This document shows, in pieces, positions 16,591 to 27,206 of a stretch of DNA of 39,975 nucleotides; within the stretch, counting starts at the first letter, position 1, and each line of letters opens with the position of its first letter. The notes beneath the pieces were generated by a model. That model saw only the letters and a list, made by a program, of their open reading frames with translations, was not told where the DNA came from and ran no database searches. The position numbers and the translations under genes are program-made. Origin of the DNA: an uncultured Candidatus Saccharibacteria bacterium (lineage in GTDB: Bacteria > Patescibacteriota > Minisyncoccia > Phycocordibacterales > PALSA-1337); assembly GCA_964349165.1 (NCBI GenBank), contig CAYGFL010000002.1:1-39975 (forward strand), read 5' to 3'.

Positions 16591-17867
16591 AGAGACCTCA
16601 CCGCTTTTACGAACTTCTCACCTCGATCTTTCCTTGAGATATGTATACCCACAGCTTCGAAAGCTGGGCTGAAGATTACCTTATCACCTTTTCTACTTTC
16701 TCCTTTAGACATGATGACCGCATCTTCGAGTGTAGGTGCTTGCAAGAAACGTATACCTCTCATCGTTTCTAGACTCTCACGCAATCCTAGACTACCAGTG
16801 CCAGGTAAAAGAATCACAGAAGAAACGTATCTGGAAAGTAGAGAGATGAGCTCAGAATAATCGTGTTTTGTATATGCCCCACCCAAGATGAGCACAATAT
16901 TTTTCGCATCAGCACTTTGTAATGTCTGAAGTGCAAAAACTGTAGCAAGAGGTGTCACAGAAGCTGAGTCATTGTAAAATTCTACTCCATCTATTTTCTT
17001 TACTAGTTCCTGATGACTACGTAGTCCTGTAAAATTATCGATTATACCCTGCGCCGTTTCTACAGGTACTTTGAAAAGCTCTGCAGTCTGGATCGCTAGA
17101 GCTTGGTTGGTAGAACGGGTCCTGAGCATTTTAGCCTTGGTGGTGAAATTCGATTTAGATTTTATATTATCGATCACAATATCTGTAGCCACGATGAAGT
17201 TGTTGTAAGTCTGATGTTCTAGGATAGCAAAAGCTGTCGGTACACCCTCCATAGCAGATGATGTGAGAGACGTGATCACTGCGACATGTGGACTGATACG
17301 TGCCTCGTGATATTCACCCAGCATTTCCTCTGTGATGCGAGCGAGGATAACATCTCCTTGTTTTATTTTTTTTAGATGAGTCAGAGCTCCATTCGGAAGA
17401 TCTGGATCGATAAAATATAGACCTTGAGCTTCATAATCCTTGAAAGATTGCTTCAGTACAGCGTACAGCATATGTGCGACTGTACTCTTGCCACATTGAC
17501 CCATGATGCCGATGAGAGTGATCGGTGGAGCTAATTTTAAAAAAAGTACATCTGGATATTCTATACGTATGCCTGCATTATAGACTTTCTTGAGAAATAG
17601 AGAATCTTTTGGAATTTCTTGTGACAGAATGATCAATTCTGATTGCAATAGACTCTCACCTGGCGGTGTACCCAATTCATATCTTGTAAGCCCCGCAGTC
17701 CTAAGCACAGAGAGTGGCCCCTGCATCCTATTTTCACTACGTATATCATATAGAGAAACAAGAGCTCCTGTCTTCAAGAGAAATTTAATGTCTGCTACCA
17801 TTTCGCCATGTGGACCTAGTCCCACTACAGCTATATGCTTACCCTTGAAGAAAGTCTTGTAGTTCAC
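16587..17867 (-). CDS. murD: UDP-N-acetylmuramoylalanine-D-glutamate ligase MurD
   Basis: GKHIAVVGLGPHGEMVA (N-terminal Rossmann), IGIMGQCGKSTVAHML (P-loop) and the Mur ligase C-domain. GTG start at 17867, overlapping the upstream stop (GTGA). Confidence 0.85.
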   Translation of the reverse strand: MNYKTFFKGKHIAVVGLGPHGEMVADIKFLLKTGALVSLYDIRSENRMQGPLSVLRTAGLTRYELGTPPGESLLQSELIILSQEIPKDSLFLKKVYNAGIRIEYPDVLFLKLAPPITLIGIMGQCGKSTVAHMLYAVLKQSFKDYEAQGLYFIDPDLPNGALTHLKKIKQGDVILARITEEMLGEYHEARISPHVAVITSLTSSAMEGVPTAFAILEHQTYNNFIVATDIVIDNIKSKSNFTTKAKMLRTRSTNQALAIQTAELFKVPVETAQGIIDNFTGLRSHQELVKKIDGVEFYNDSASVTPLATVFALQTLQSADAKNIVLILGGAYTKHDYSELISLLSRYVSSVILLPGTGSLGLRESLETMRGIRFLQAPTLEDAVIMSKGESRKGDKVIFSPAFEAVGIHISRKDRGEKFVKAVRSL

Positions 17868-18178
17868 TCTCTCATTATATCTGCCTTTGGAGCATTTTCA
17901 ATGAGGTCCTTCACTTTTATCATTTCTTGTAGAAGAGCTTGTAGTTTCAGAGATTCTGCATTATCAATATTATTGTCGATGAAATCTCCCAGTTTTTTCA
18001 TAAAAAGTTGGTGTATGTCATCTAGATATTGTTCTAGAATAATAATATTTCCTCTACCCACAGTGCCACTGTCTCGTACAGTGAAAAATGCAGGTGGTCT
18101 GCGTATACCTTCGAAGTACAGACAGTCGTCTGATATGACCCCTTCGATCGAAGGAGATGTGATCGTGTATGTATTCAT
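17864..18178 (-). CDS. Hypothetical protein (104 aa), no recognisable family
   Basis: Clean ATG ORF packed between radC and murD, with a GTGA overlap with murD. The N-terminal half looks beta-rich and the C-terminal half helical and acidic. Confidence 0.5.
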   Translation of the reverse strand: MNTYTITSPSIEGVISDDCLYFEGIRRPPAFFTVRDSGTVGRGNIIILEQYLDDIHQLFMKKLGDFIDNNIDNAESLKLQALLQEMIKVKDLIENAPKADIMRE

Positions 18179-18189
18179 TGTAGAAAAAA

Positions 18190-18930
18190 CTAATAGTTAC
18201 CTTTTATACTCGTGAATGTATCTTTCGTGATGATGATATGATCCAAGACATTTATACCTAGTATTTTGCCAGCGTGTATGAGTTGTTCGGTGATCTCTAT
18301 ATCTTGCGCACTAGGCATGGCTGTGCCAGATGGATGGTTGTGCGCCAACACAAGAGCGACTGCACTGTACTCTATCGCTGGTCGAAAGACTTCGCGTGGG
18401 TGCACGATATTTGTATTTATAGTGCCTATAGAGATAACCTCATCGTGTATTATCCTATTGTGACTATTGAGATATAACCCTCGCAAGTGTTCTTTCGGCA
18501 GGTTTTGCATATCACGTAGATACTCATAGGCATCTTTTGCAGTACGGATCACGGTGAACCCCGATGAATTTTTTTCAAAAAATCTCTTGCCGAGCTCTCC
18601 ACATGCCACGATCTGACAGGCTTTGATGAGTGGGATGTTCAGATCTTCTGCAAGTTTCTCCGGATTTTTCTCTGAAAAGATGCTCCTCTCACCATATTCT
18701 TTGACTATACGATTTGCAAGTTCCATTATTCCCTCATTTTTACTACCTACGTTCAAAACTACCGCCAGGAGTTCTGGCAGAGAGAGGATCTGTGGACCTT
18801 GTTTGATCAATTTTTCCCGTGGCTGACTATCGTGTGGCAGATCTCTGATCTTCAATACATATTCCTTTATGGAATTGTCTAGAAAAAGATCTGTATCTTT
18901 TAAATTGTATTTTTTGGTAATCGTGTTCAC
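18190..18930 (-). CDS. radC: RadC-like JAB/MPN domain protein
   Basis: SLPELLAVVLNVGSKNEG (HhH region) and the JAMM motif LVLAHNHPSGTAMPSAQD. GTG start in the track. Confidence 0.88.
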   Translation of the reverse strand: MNTITKKYNLKDTDLFLDNSIKEYVLKIRDLPHDSQPREKLIKQGPQILSLPELLAVVLNVGSKNEGIMELANRIVKEYGERSIFSEKNPEKLAEDLNIPLIKACQIVACGELGKRFFEKNSSGFTVIRTAKDAYEYLRDMQNLPKEHLRGLYLNSHNRIIHDEVISIGTINTNIVHPREVFRPAIEYSAVALVLAHNHPSGTAMPSAQDIEITEQLIHAGKILGINVLDHIIITKDTFTSIKGNY

Positions 18931-18962
18931 GACACCATTATACCATTTTCAAAAATACGCTA

Positions 18963-19130
18963 CTAGGGAATGAAAACACTCACAAATAGGAAAAGGATTA
19001 TAATAAAAGCAGAGACGAACGGTATCAGGAATAGCCGATTTTTCGGGTCTTCTCCCTTACCTCCTTCCAGGGCTATTCCGATTATATAATTGCGCACTTC
19101 GATAACCACTTCCTTTTTGAACTTTTCCAT
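18963..19130 (-). CDS. Small (55 aa) C-terminally anchored membrane protein, hypothetical
   Basis: Own translation: MEKFKKEVVIEVRNYIIGIALEGGKGEDPKNRLFLIPFVSAFIIILFLFVSVFIP*. It starts 9 nt after the pyk stop and is below the track cutoff. Confidence 0.35.
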   Translation of the reverse strand: MEKFKKEVVIEVRNYIIGIALEGGKGEDPKNRLFLIPFVSAFIIILFLFVSVFIP

Positions 19131-19139
19131 AATGTGAAT

Positions 19140-20555
19140 CTAAATCGTCTCGACCAATACCATGTTCGTCTCCTTCATCTGGCCGAAAGGCATGCCAGTC
19201 AAGATCACAACCTTATCTCCTTTCACAGCGAGTTTCTCTTTTAATGCGATTTTCTTTACAAGAGGCATGATCTCGTCTGTATTGGAAAGTTTTGGAATGA
19301 TGATCGGATAACAACCGAATGACAGTGCTAGTTGGTTCGCCACAACATCAGAAAATGTTAGGGCTATGATGCGTTCTGCTGGATGGTATCTCGCAACCAT
19401 GCGCGCGGTACGTCCAGATGCAGTGAGAGCGACTAGGAATCTCGCCTCGAGTTCATGTGACGCTAGAACTGCAGATCTAGAGACTACATCGGTCACACCA
19501 TGAGAATTATCGTATTCTGCTATATTTTCGTTGGTATATATATCTTTTTCAACTCGTAGAGCGACACGAGTCATCATCTCTACAGCCTCTAGTGGATAGT
19601 CGCCTAGAGTAGTCTCTTCAGAGAGCATGATAGCATCTGTACCATCGATGATAGCGTTCGCAACATCGGAGACTTCGGCGCGAGTAGGCACTGGACTCTT
19701 TATCATAGACTCTAGCATCTGTGTGGCGGTGATGACAGGTTTGCCTAGGGCATTACACTTCTGTATGAGCATCTTCTGCACGAGAGGCACTTCTTCGACA
19801 GGAATCTCTACAGCAAGATCTCCTCTTGCAACCATGATAGCATCTGTGAGATTTATGATCTCATCTATATTTTCTAGAGCCTCTGGAGTCTCTATCTTGG
19901 CGATGATCTTGGCTTTTGATTTTGCATTTTTAAGTATTTCTCTTAGCTCGACAATATCTGATGGGCGACGGACGAAAGAGATCGCTACAAAATCTACTTT
20001 ATTTTTTATACCGAACTCTATATCTTTTTTATCTTTTTCTGTTATCGAACTTATGGAAAGATATGCTCCAGGCAGATTTACCCCTCTCTTATTCTTTATC
20101 TCTCCACCAACTATGACTTTTGTAACTACTTCATTGCCTTTTATAGCGGTGATCTGGAGTTTCTTTTTTCCATCGTGGAGGAGTATGTATCCTCCTACCT
20201 TTACTTCCTTCGGCAGAAGAGGATAATTTATAAAAACCTTCTTATCATTCCCCATCATCGGCTCTGTAGTGAGGGTAAATGTCTGACCCACTTTTAGGAT
20301 CGCGACCCCCCCTTCGAATTCCCCTATGCGGATCTTCGGACCAGATAGGTCTTGGAGAACTGCGACAGTCTTGCCTGTAGTTGCGCGGACTTTTTTCAGG
20401 TTGTCCACTCTGTTCTGGTGCTCTGCGAAGTCGCCATGGGAGAAGTTCAGGCGCATAACATTCATACCTGCGTTTACTAGCGAAGTGAGTTTCTCGACAC
20501 TTTCAGTCGCCGGACCTATAGTACAGACGATCTTGGTTTTCTTTCCGATATTCAT
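19140..20555 (-). CDS. pyk: Pyruvate kinase
   Basis: KTKIVCTIGPATES, MNVMRLNFSHG, MVARGDLAVEIP and a full-length 471 aa. Confidence 0.95.
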   Translation of the reverse strand: MNIGKKTKIVCTIGPATESVEKLTSLVNAGMNVMRLNFSHGDFAEHQNRVDNLKKVRATTGKTVAVLQDLSGPKIRIGEFEGGVAILKVGQTFTLTTEPMMGNDKKVFINYPLLPKEVKVGGYILLHDGKKKLQITAIKGNEVVTKVIVGGEIKNKRGVNLPGAYLSISSITEKDKKDIEFGIKNKVDFVAISFVRRPSDIVELREILKNAKSKAKIIAKIETPEALENIDEIINLTDAIMVARGDLAVEIPVEEVPLVQKMLIQKCNALGKPVITATQMLESMIKSPVPTRAEVSDVANAIIDGTDAIMLSEETTLGDYPLEAVEMMTRVALRVEKDIYTNENIAEYDNSHGVTDVVSRSAVLASHELEARFLVALTASGRTARMVARYHPAERIIALTFSDVVANQLALSFGCYPIIIPKLSNTDEIMPLVKKIALKEKLAVKGDKVVILTGMPFGQMKETNMVLVETI

Positions 20556-20636
20556 AATGGGGGGGATTAATTTGGTAATATTAAAGTTGCACAGGAATGT
20601 ATGATACCCCAGATATGGCTTAAAATCAATCTTATA

Positions 20637-21587
20637 CTAGTACTTCAGAGGCTTGTTCGGAGGATATCTCTCTGGATCTATCGTGCGAGTGAAGCAGATA
20701 TTGCCGGCATCATGTTTCCAATTATCATTCATTCCGTCTCCACCATAACTAGGATATGTCGTCATCATGTCGTACGAATAGCTGGCACCCCTTCCCTTTG
20801 TATCCTCTACCTTTAGTGCAAAAGTTGCGCATAGCTCGAAGCTCTTCGCACTCTTCACAGTATATGTGTATTCTTTTTTACTCTCTGGATCTGTAGGAAT
20901 AGTCGTGTTGGAGATAGGGTCACTCAAGTCTGCAAGAGATGCTGGCAACTTCTCTTTCTGTTGCCAATAGTTCACTATCTGGTACTGGATATTCTGCAGG
21001 TCACCGACTCGCTGATTATCGATACGGATATTGCGCTGTTTCGATGGAGAACCGACGATGATGAAACCTCCGACAATGCTTGCGAGAACTATCAGGATTC
21101 CAGCCCAAGTCAATATTTTCTGTACATTTTTCTTTATATTTATTCTCTCGAGAAGGTAGTAGGCAAAAATAACTCCAGATATAAGTAGAATGGCTAAGAA
21201 TTTGTAGATGAATCTCTCGGATATCTCTCCATTTATATATGTATTGATCAGCACTATGATATCTCCGATGAGAGTCGCTCCAGTGAGGAAAAGTGTGAGG
21301 AAAGTTCTCCATTTTCTGATCCAGAGATTACCCTTTTCTGGTATCGTAGCAATATCTTTTTTTATCAACCATTCGATAACATAGAGTACTGGTATAAGGA
21401 CGATGAGCATAGAGATCGGCCATGCCACAGAGGTTGAATAGAAATATTGAGCTAGAACATCCGGAAATGCGTAATTTATAATACTAAAGGATAGGTTTAT
21501 GACGGAGATAGCTGATACGTATAATACTATAGTCGCTGTTAAATGAAGGAAAAAGTCCTTGGGTGTTGTTTGATTTGTTTGATTCAT
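20637..21587 (-). CDS. DUF5671-type integral membrane protein with an extracytoplasmic C-terminal domain
   Basis: The N-terminal DFFLHLTATIVLYVSAISVINLSFSIINYAFPD pattern and multiple TM helices. The track start at 21593 is a GTG; the ATG is at 21587. Confidence 0.6.
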   Translation of the reverse strand: MNQTNQTTPKDFFLHLTATIVLYVSAISVINLSFSIINYAFPDVLAQYFYSTSVAWPISMLIVLIPVLYVIEWLIKKDIATIPEKGNLWIRKWRTFLTLFLTGATLIGDIIVLINTYINGEISERFIYKFLAILLISGVIFAYYLLERINIKKNVQKILTWAGILIVLASIVGGFIIVGSPSKQRNIRIDNQRVGDLQNIQYQIVNYWQQKEKLPASLADLSDPISNTTIPTDPESKKEYTYTVKSAKSFELCATFALKVEDTKGRGASYSYDMMTTYPSYGGDGMNDNWKHDAGNICFTRTIDPERYPPNKPLKY

Positions 21588-21595
21588 AGACACAC

Positions 21596-21604
21596 ATTAT
21601 ACCA
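21596..21604 (-). promoter_or_regulatory. Extended -10 promoter (TGGTATAAT) for the DUF5671 gene
   Basis: The minus strand reads CATGGTATAATGTGTGTCTATG. The -10 ends 8 nt before the ATG, implying a leaderless or near-leaderless mRNA. Confidence 0.35.
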
Positions 21605-21638
21605 TGCCCGCAATATCCATGTGTGAGAATCTGTGTTG

Positions 21639-21714
21639 TGGTGCGCGCGCTTGGGGTCGAACCAAGGACCTTTCGAGTATCAGTCGAATGCTCTACCAGC
21701 TGAGCTACGCGCGC
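21639..21714 (-). tRNA. tRNA-Ile (anticodon GAT), CCA encoded
   Basis: The minus strand reads GCGCGCGTAGCTCAGCTGGTAGAGCATTCGACTGATACTCGAAAGGTCCTTGGTTCGACCCCAAGCGCGCGCACCA. It has a 7-bp acceptor stem, a D-loop AGCTCAGCTGGTAGAGC, an anticodon loop CTGATAC and a T-arm CTTGG-TTCGACC-CCAAG. Confidence 0.92.
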
Positions 21715-21723
21715 ATTAGGGAA

Positions 21724-21732
21724 AATATAGCA
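21724..21732 (-). promoter_or_regulatory. Extended -10 promoter (TGCTATATT) for tRNA-Ile
   Basis: The minus strand reads TTTTTGCTATATTTTCCCTAAT, followed directly by the tRNA 5' end about 9 nt downstream of the -10. Confidence 0.35.
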
Positions 21733-21762
21733 AAAATCCACCAAAAAGCAATCGGTGGGCGA

Positions 21763-22062
21763 TCAGTCTTGTGCGATTATTTTCTTCACAGCGATGAAAT
21801 CTCCTTCTCTCTGTGGGGCTTCTTTCAATAATGCTTCACGATCTTCTGGAGAAGTTGTGACTGCGATATCTTCACGGAAGACATTGTGTACAGCCCCTGC
21901 GATGGGAGTGTGGTCTATATTTACAGTTGCTTCTTTTATTTGATCTATGTATGTCAAAATCGAGGATATCTCTTTTGTGAGTTCTTTTTTCTCCGAATCT
22001 TCAACTTTGATACGCGCAAGTTCTGCAAGTTTTTCTATATCTTTTACTTCTATCATAGACAT
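21763..22062 (-). CDS. gatC: Asp-tRNA(Asn)/Glu-tRNA(Gln) amidotransferase subunit C
   Basis: 99 aa. IEVKDIEKLAELARIKVEDSEKKELTKEISSILTYIDQIKE is typical of GatC. Confidence 0.85.
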   Translation of the reverse strand: MSMIEVKDIEKLAELARIKVEDSEKKELTKEISSILTYIDQIKEATVNIDHTPIAGAVHNVFREDIAVTTSPEDREALLKEAPQREGDFIAVKKIIAQD

Positions 22063-22083
22063 GAGTGTATCATAGAATATCCC

Positions 22084-24099
<2,016 letters not shown>

Positions 24100-24108
24100 T
24101 CATAAAAG

Positions 24109-24621
24109 TTAGTATTTATACGAGTAGCGGATGGCACGCTCGACTCTCTTGGGGCTTGCAACATTGCATGTCTTATTGACGCTATCCCAACCAGTATTGT
24201 ATCCACGAGATTCGATAGTTTTTGTAGTCTCACCGCTTGTTGTAATTTCTGTGACAGTCACTCTTGCACAAGAGTTCCCTTCACTACCAAACTTGGCATG
24301 AAAGATAAAAGTTCCACCAGCAGGAGGGTGTGTTGTTGAGAAAGCCATGGAAGGATTGCAACTTAGCAGGTTTGTTTTATCGGTACTTATATTGAAAGCA
24401 TCGATATTATCGCCTAGCAACGCACATTCGAATCCCCCGTCGGCAGCGTAGAATGCAAGAGATGAATCTCGCGCAGAAGTAGAGAGTAAAAATTCTTTTT
24501 TACTAATATTTAATATTGAAATACCGATACTTAATACAAGTGAAGATACTAGCACAGCGAATAGTAGTGTGTATCCCCTATTTGTTTTTATATCTTTATT
24601 TTTGTACATTGTATATAACAT
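24109..24621 (-). CDS. PilX-like pilus-associated protein (PilX_N-type hydrophobic N-terminus; no E5)
   Basis: NRGYTLLFAVLVSSLVLSIGISILNISKKEFLLSTSARDSSLAFYAADGGFECAL resembles the PilX N-domain. It is the last gene of the minor-pilin block. Confidence 0.55.
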   Translation of the reverse strand: MLYTMYKNKDIKTNRGYTLLFAVLVSSLVLSIGISILNISKKEFLLSTSARDSSLAFYAADGGFECALLGDNIDAFNISTDKTNLLSCNPSMAFSTTHPPAGGTFIFHAKFGSEGNSCARVTVTEITTSGETTKTIESRGYNTGWDSVNKTCNVASPKRVERAIRYSYKY

Positions 24622-25147
24622 TTTCGTATTTTACCTGATTTGTTACAGTTCCATTTTTCCATTCGACAATTACGACGATAGTTGCATCCTTGGAAATGTC
24701 ACCACCTGGGATATAGTAGAAATATCTGGAAAATTTTGTGAGTTCTGTACCACTGCTATCATCGCTGTATCCACCACTACTCTTATATATCTTACAAGTA
24801 GTAGATGGTACACATGGAGAGAGACCATTCGTTGGTAAAGTTGTGCCCGGAGCAGTGCTAGGATTTCCTGTTAAAGTATTCACAGAACATTTCTGGCCAT
24901 CCGAACATAGATTTATTCCATCAGTCCAATCTCTCCCCTCTATGATATTTATATCCCTAACATTCTTCAGATACTCCATCGCATCTTGAGCTAGGTACGA
25001 AGCTGTGACTTGGTCGTGAGCCAGAAGAGCAGATCTCAAACCTTTGTGAGCGATAGTCAATGGTCCTGCGATAGAGATCATGAGAATACCGATAGCGACA
25101 AGCGTCTCTACTATAGTGAATCCTTTTTGTGTGATGTGTTTTGACAT
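24596..25147 (-). CDS. Minor pilin, PilV-like (prepilin-type N-terminal cleavage/methylation domain)
   Basis: The class III signal QKGFTIVETLVAIGILMISIAG has the G at -1 and E at +5. Confidence 0.7.
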   Translation of the reverse strand: MSKHITQKGFTIVETLVAIGILMISIAGPLTIAHKGLRSALLAHDQVTASYLAQDAMEYLKNVRDINIIEGRDWTDGINLCSDGQKCSVNTLTGNPSTAPGTTLPTNGLSPCVPSTTCKIYKSSGGYSDDSSGTELTKFSRYFYYIPGGDISKDATIVVIVEWKNGTVTNQVKYENVIYNVQK

Positions 25148-25152
25148 ATTAT

Positions 25153-25875
25153 TTAATCTCTAATTCGCTGTGATACAGTAGTCTGCATATCGAACAAAGT
25201 TTTCGACTTTTCTTTTACACCAGCAGAGCCGACGAAATGGAATTGGGCGTAGGATGGATATTTTTCAGTAGGGCTTTTTTCACCAGTCACGACGCGCACG
25301 GTAGCTTTGGAGAAGGTGATGAAGGAGTCGAATTTGCCTGCATTAACGTTAATTGAATCGTCCGAATCATCCTTAGTAGATATTAGAGTTGCAAATGACA
25401 TACTATTAGATTCACAATCTTCTTGTTCTGCTTTTCGAATATCGGTCCCTGTAAAATCATAAGCTTTGGCTAAATTACACGTTTCATCTTGAGTATCTTT
25501 TGATGTATCAGAAGATATAAAAGCTATAGTCCATGGCCCTCCTGTAGTAGTACCACACCCTTGAGGTGGGAATAATTTATATCTAATCAAATTACCGTCA
25601 TCATCATTAATAGGGTTGAAATGATCTTCGAGACTGGCAGTACCAGTCAAACAATAATAATTTGATCCTACTCTCATTTCACGAGACATTGCCTCAAGTG
25701 CAAAGTTTAAATTATTTATAGAAGTCTCTAATGTGTGGGCTTTTTTATTTGCATCTATTATTTTCAATAGAGCTCCGACCGCAACCAGAGCAACAATAGT
25801 AAATAGACCTATGGAAACAATCATTTCTACTAGAGTGAATCCTTTTTGAGATGAATTATGTGAAGAAAGATGCAT
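25153..25875 (-). CDS. Minor pilin, PilW-like (prepilin-type N-terminus)
   Basis: SQKGFTLVEMIVSIGLFTIVALVAVGAL. The track start (25899) is a TTG; the ATG at 25875 (MHLSSHNSSQKGFTLVEM) avoids overlap with the upstream gene. Confidence 0.7.
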   Translation of the reverse strand: MHLSSHNSSQKGFTLVEMIVSIGLFTIVALVAVGALLKIIDANKKAHTLETSINNLNFALEAMSREMRVGSNYYCLTGTASLEDHFNPINDDDGNLIRYKLFPPQGCGTTTGGPWTIAFISSDTSKDTQDETCNLAKAYDFTGTDIRKAEQEDCESNSMSFATLISTKDDSDDSINVNAGKFDSFITFSKATVRVVTGEKSPTEKYPSYAQFHFVGSAGVKEKSKTLFDMQTTVSQRIRD

Positions 25876-25882
25876 TTTATTT

Positions 25883-26461
25883 TTAATTAACAACACCAAT
25901 TTGTCCTGTATTTCTCACGTAAATCTTTTTTGTCGAACCATCTGAAGTCTTGAGTTCAATTGTAGCAACGTCGTTATTAACATCATTATGTATCATGGCT
26001 TTCGGATCAGGGCGCTTGAATACCAGATCGAGAGTTGACTTAGAAGTCGCAAGTACTGTTAACTCACTCACCACACTCCCCCTCTTTATATTATACGTCG
26101 ACATTATTACATCTTCAGTGTCATATGAATTAGCAACTGTACCAACATCCGCAAATAAAATTATCTGTGTATTCTTCGCTGGTGAACCTGATGCAGTTTT
26201 ATCAAAATGCACTCCGAAAGAACCTTCGAACTCATCTGCCGTTCTCGACTTACTCTTCACATTCAACCCATACGACTGTGCTGTGCGTATAGTGAGCGCC
26301 ACATCATATGCCAAGTTGGTAAGCAATATTCCCTGATTGAAACTTCCATATTTCGATAGCAACAAAGCAGTCATGAAAACGAAAATACTAACAGAAACCA
26401 GTAGCTCCACCAGAGTGAACCCTTTTCCACTATCTATTTTCTTTTTAAAAGAAGAGTACAT
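25883..26461 (-). CDS. Minor pilin, GspH/FimT-like (prepilin-type N-terminus)
   Basis: GKGFTLVELLVSVSIFVFMTALLL. The track start (26482) is a TTG; the ATG is at 26461 (MYSSFKKKIDSGKGFTLVEL). Confidence 0.7.
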   Translation of the reverse strand: MYSSFKKKIDSGKGFTLVELLVSVSIFVFMTALLLSKYGSFNQGILLTNLAYDVALTIRTAQSYGLNVKSKSRTADEFEGSFGVHFDKTASGSPAKNTQIILFADVGTVANSYDTEDVIMSTYNIKRGSVVSELTVLATSKSTLDLVFKRPDPKAMIHNDVNNDVATIELKTSDGSTKKIYVRNTGQIGVVN

Positions 26462-27194
26462 TGTAATGAAAGAACAACACAAGATACATACCTAGGATAA
26501 GATATGGTCCGAAAGGTATCTCGTATCTAGTCTTGAACTTTCTGAAGACCACCCACATCCATAGCACACTTATTATAGCACCTATCCAAAAGGCTAGGAT
26601 AACTGCAGAGATGGCGGGTATGAGTCCTAGAGTCCAACCGATGCCTAGTAGGAGTTTCGCATCACCTAGTCCCATCCATTTTCCTTTAGATACGAGCCAG
26701 ATTAGGAAAAATGGTAAGGCAATGATAGGGCCAGCTAGGAAATCGTAGATCGATGGCGAGAGGAGGATATGTAGTAAAGCTATCGCATCGAATGTATATA
26801 CCCATGCATTCGGTATTATTTTATGCTTTGCATCATATATTGTGATGACGATAAGTATAGAAGTGATGATGAGATAGAAAAAAGTCTCGATGCCTGCCGC
26901 TATAGAAAAAGGTGGAAAGTAGTAGAAAATCATAGCGAACAAAACTCCAGTTACCATCTCCACTATTGGATACTGCCAAGATATTTTGCTTTTGCACTTT
27001 TTACATGCACCTTTTTGTAAAATAAAGCTTAGAACTGGAAAGAGCTCTGTCCAAGTGAGAGTCTTGTTGCAAGAGAAACATTTCGATCTGCCACCGAGAG
27101 TCATCCCTGTCTTATAACGATATGCGACGACGTTGAGGAAACTTCCTATCAGTGTGCCGAAGATGAAGGAGAAGACGAGGGAGATGGTGGGCAT
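26445..27194 (-). CDS. pilD: Prepilin peptidase (A24 family) PilD
   Basis: Cys-rich loop CFSCNKTL...CKKCKSKISWQYPIVE, polytopic membrane topology and the active-site region MGLGDAKLL. Confidence 0.9.
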   Translation of the reverse strand: MPTISLVFSFIFGTLIGSFLNVVAYRYKTGMTLGGRSKCFSCNKTLTWTELFPVLSFILQKGACKKCKSKISWQYPIVEMVTGVLFAMIFYYFPPFSIAAGIETFFYLIITSILIVITIYDAKHKIIPNAWVYTFDAIALLHILLSPSIYDFLAGPIIALPFFLIWLVSKGKWMGLGDAKLLLGIGWTLGLIPAISAVILAFWIGAIISVLWMWVVFRKFKTRYEIPFGPYLILGMYLVLFFHYNVLFF

Positions 27195-27206
27195 TTAGTT
27201 TTTGAT

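Noticed and set aside
19627-20226. Plus-strand 199-aa ORF inside pyk, and similar long antisense ORFs (e.g. 2686..3183, 1544..1924, 25950..26336, 35488..35850)
   Set aside because: Each lies entirely antisense to a confidently identified conserved gene, has no motifs and has a Ser/Phe/Ile-rich shadow composition.
21484-21831. Track ORFs 21484..21744 (minus) and 21604..21831 (plus)
   Set aside because: They span the tRNA-Ile gene and its flanks. The GC-rich tRNA sequence creates the open frames.
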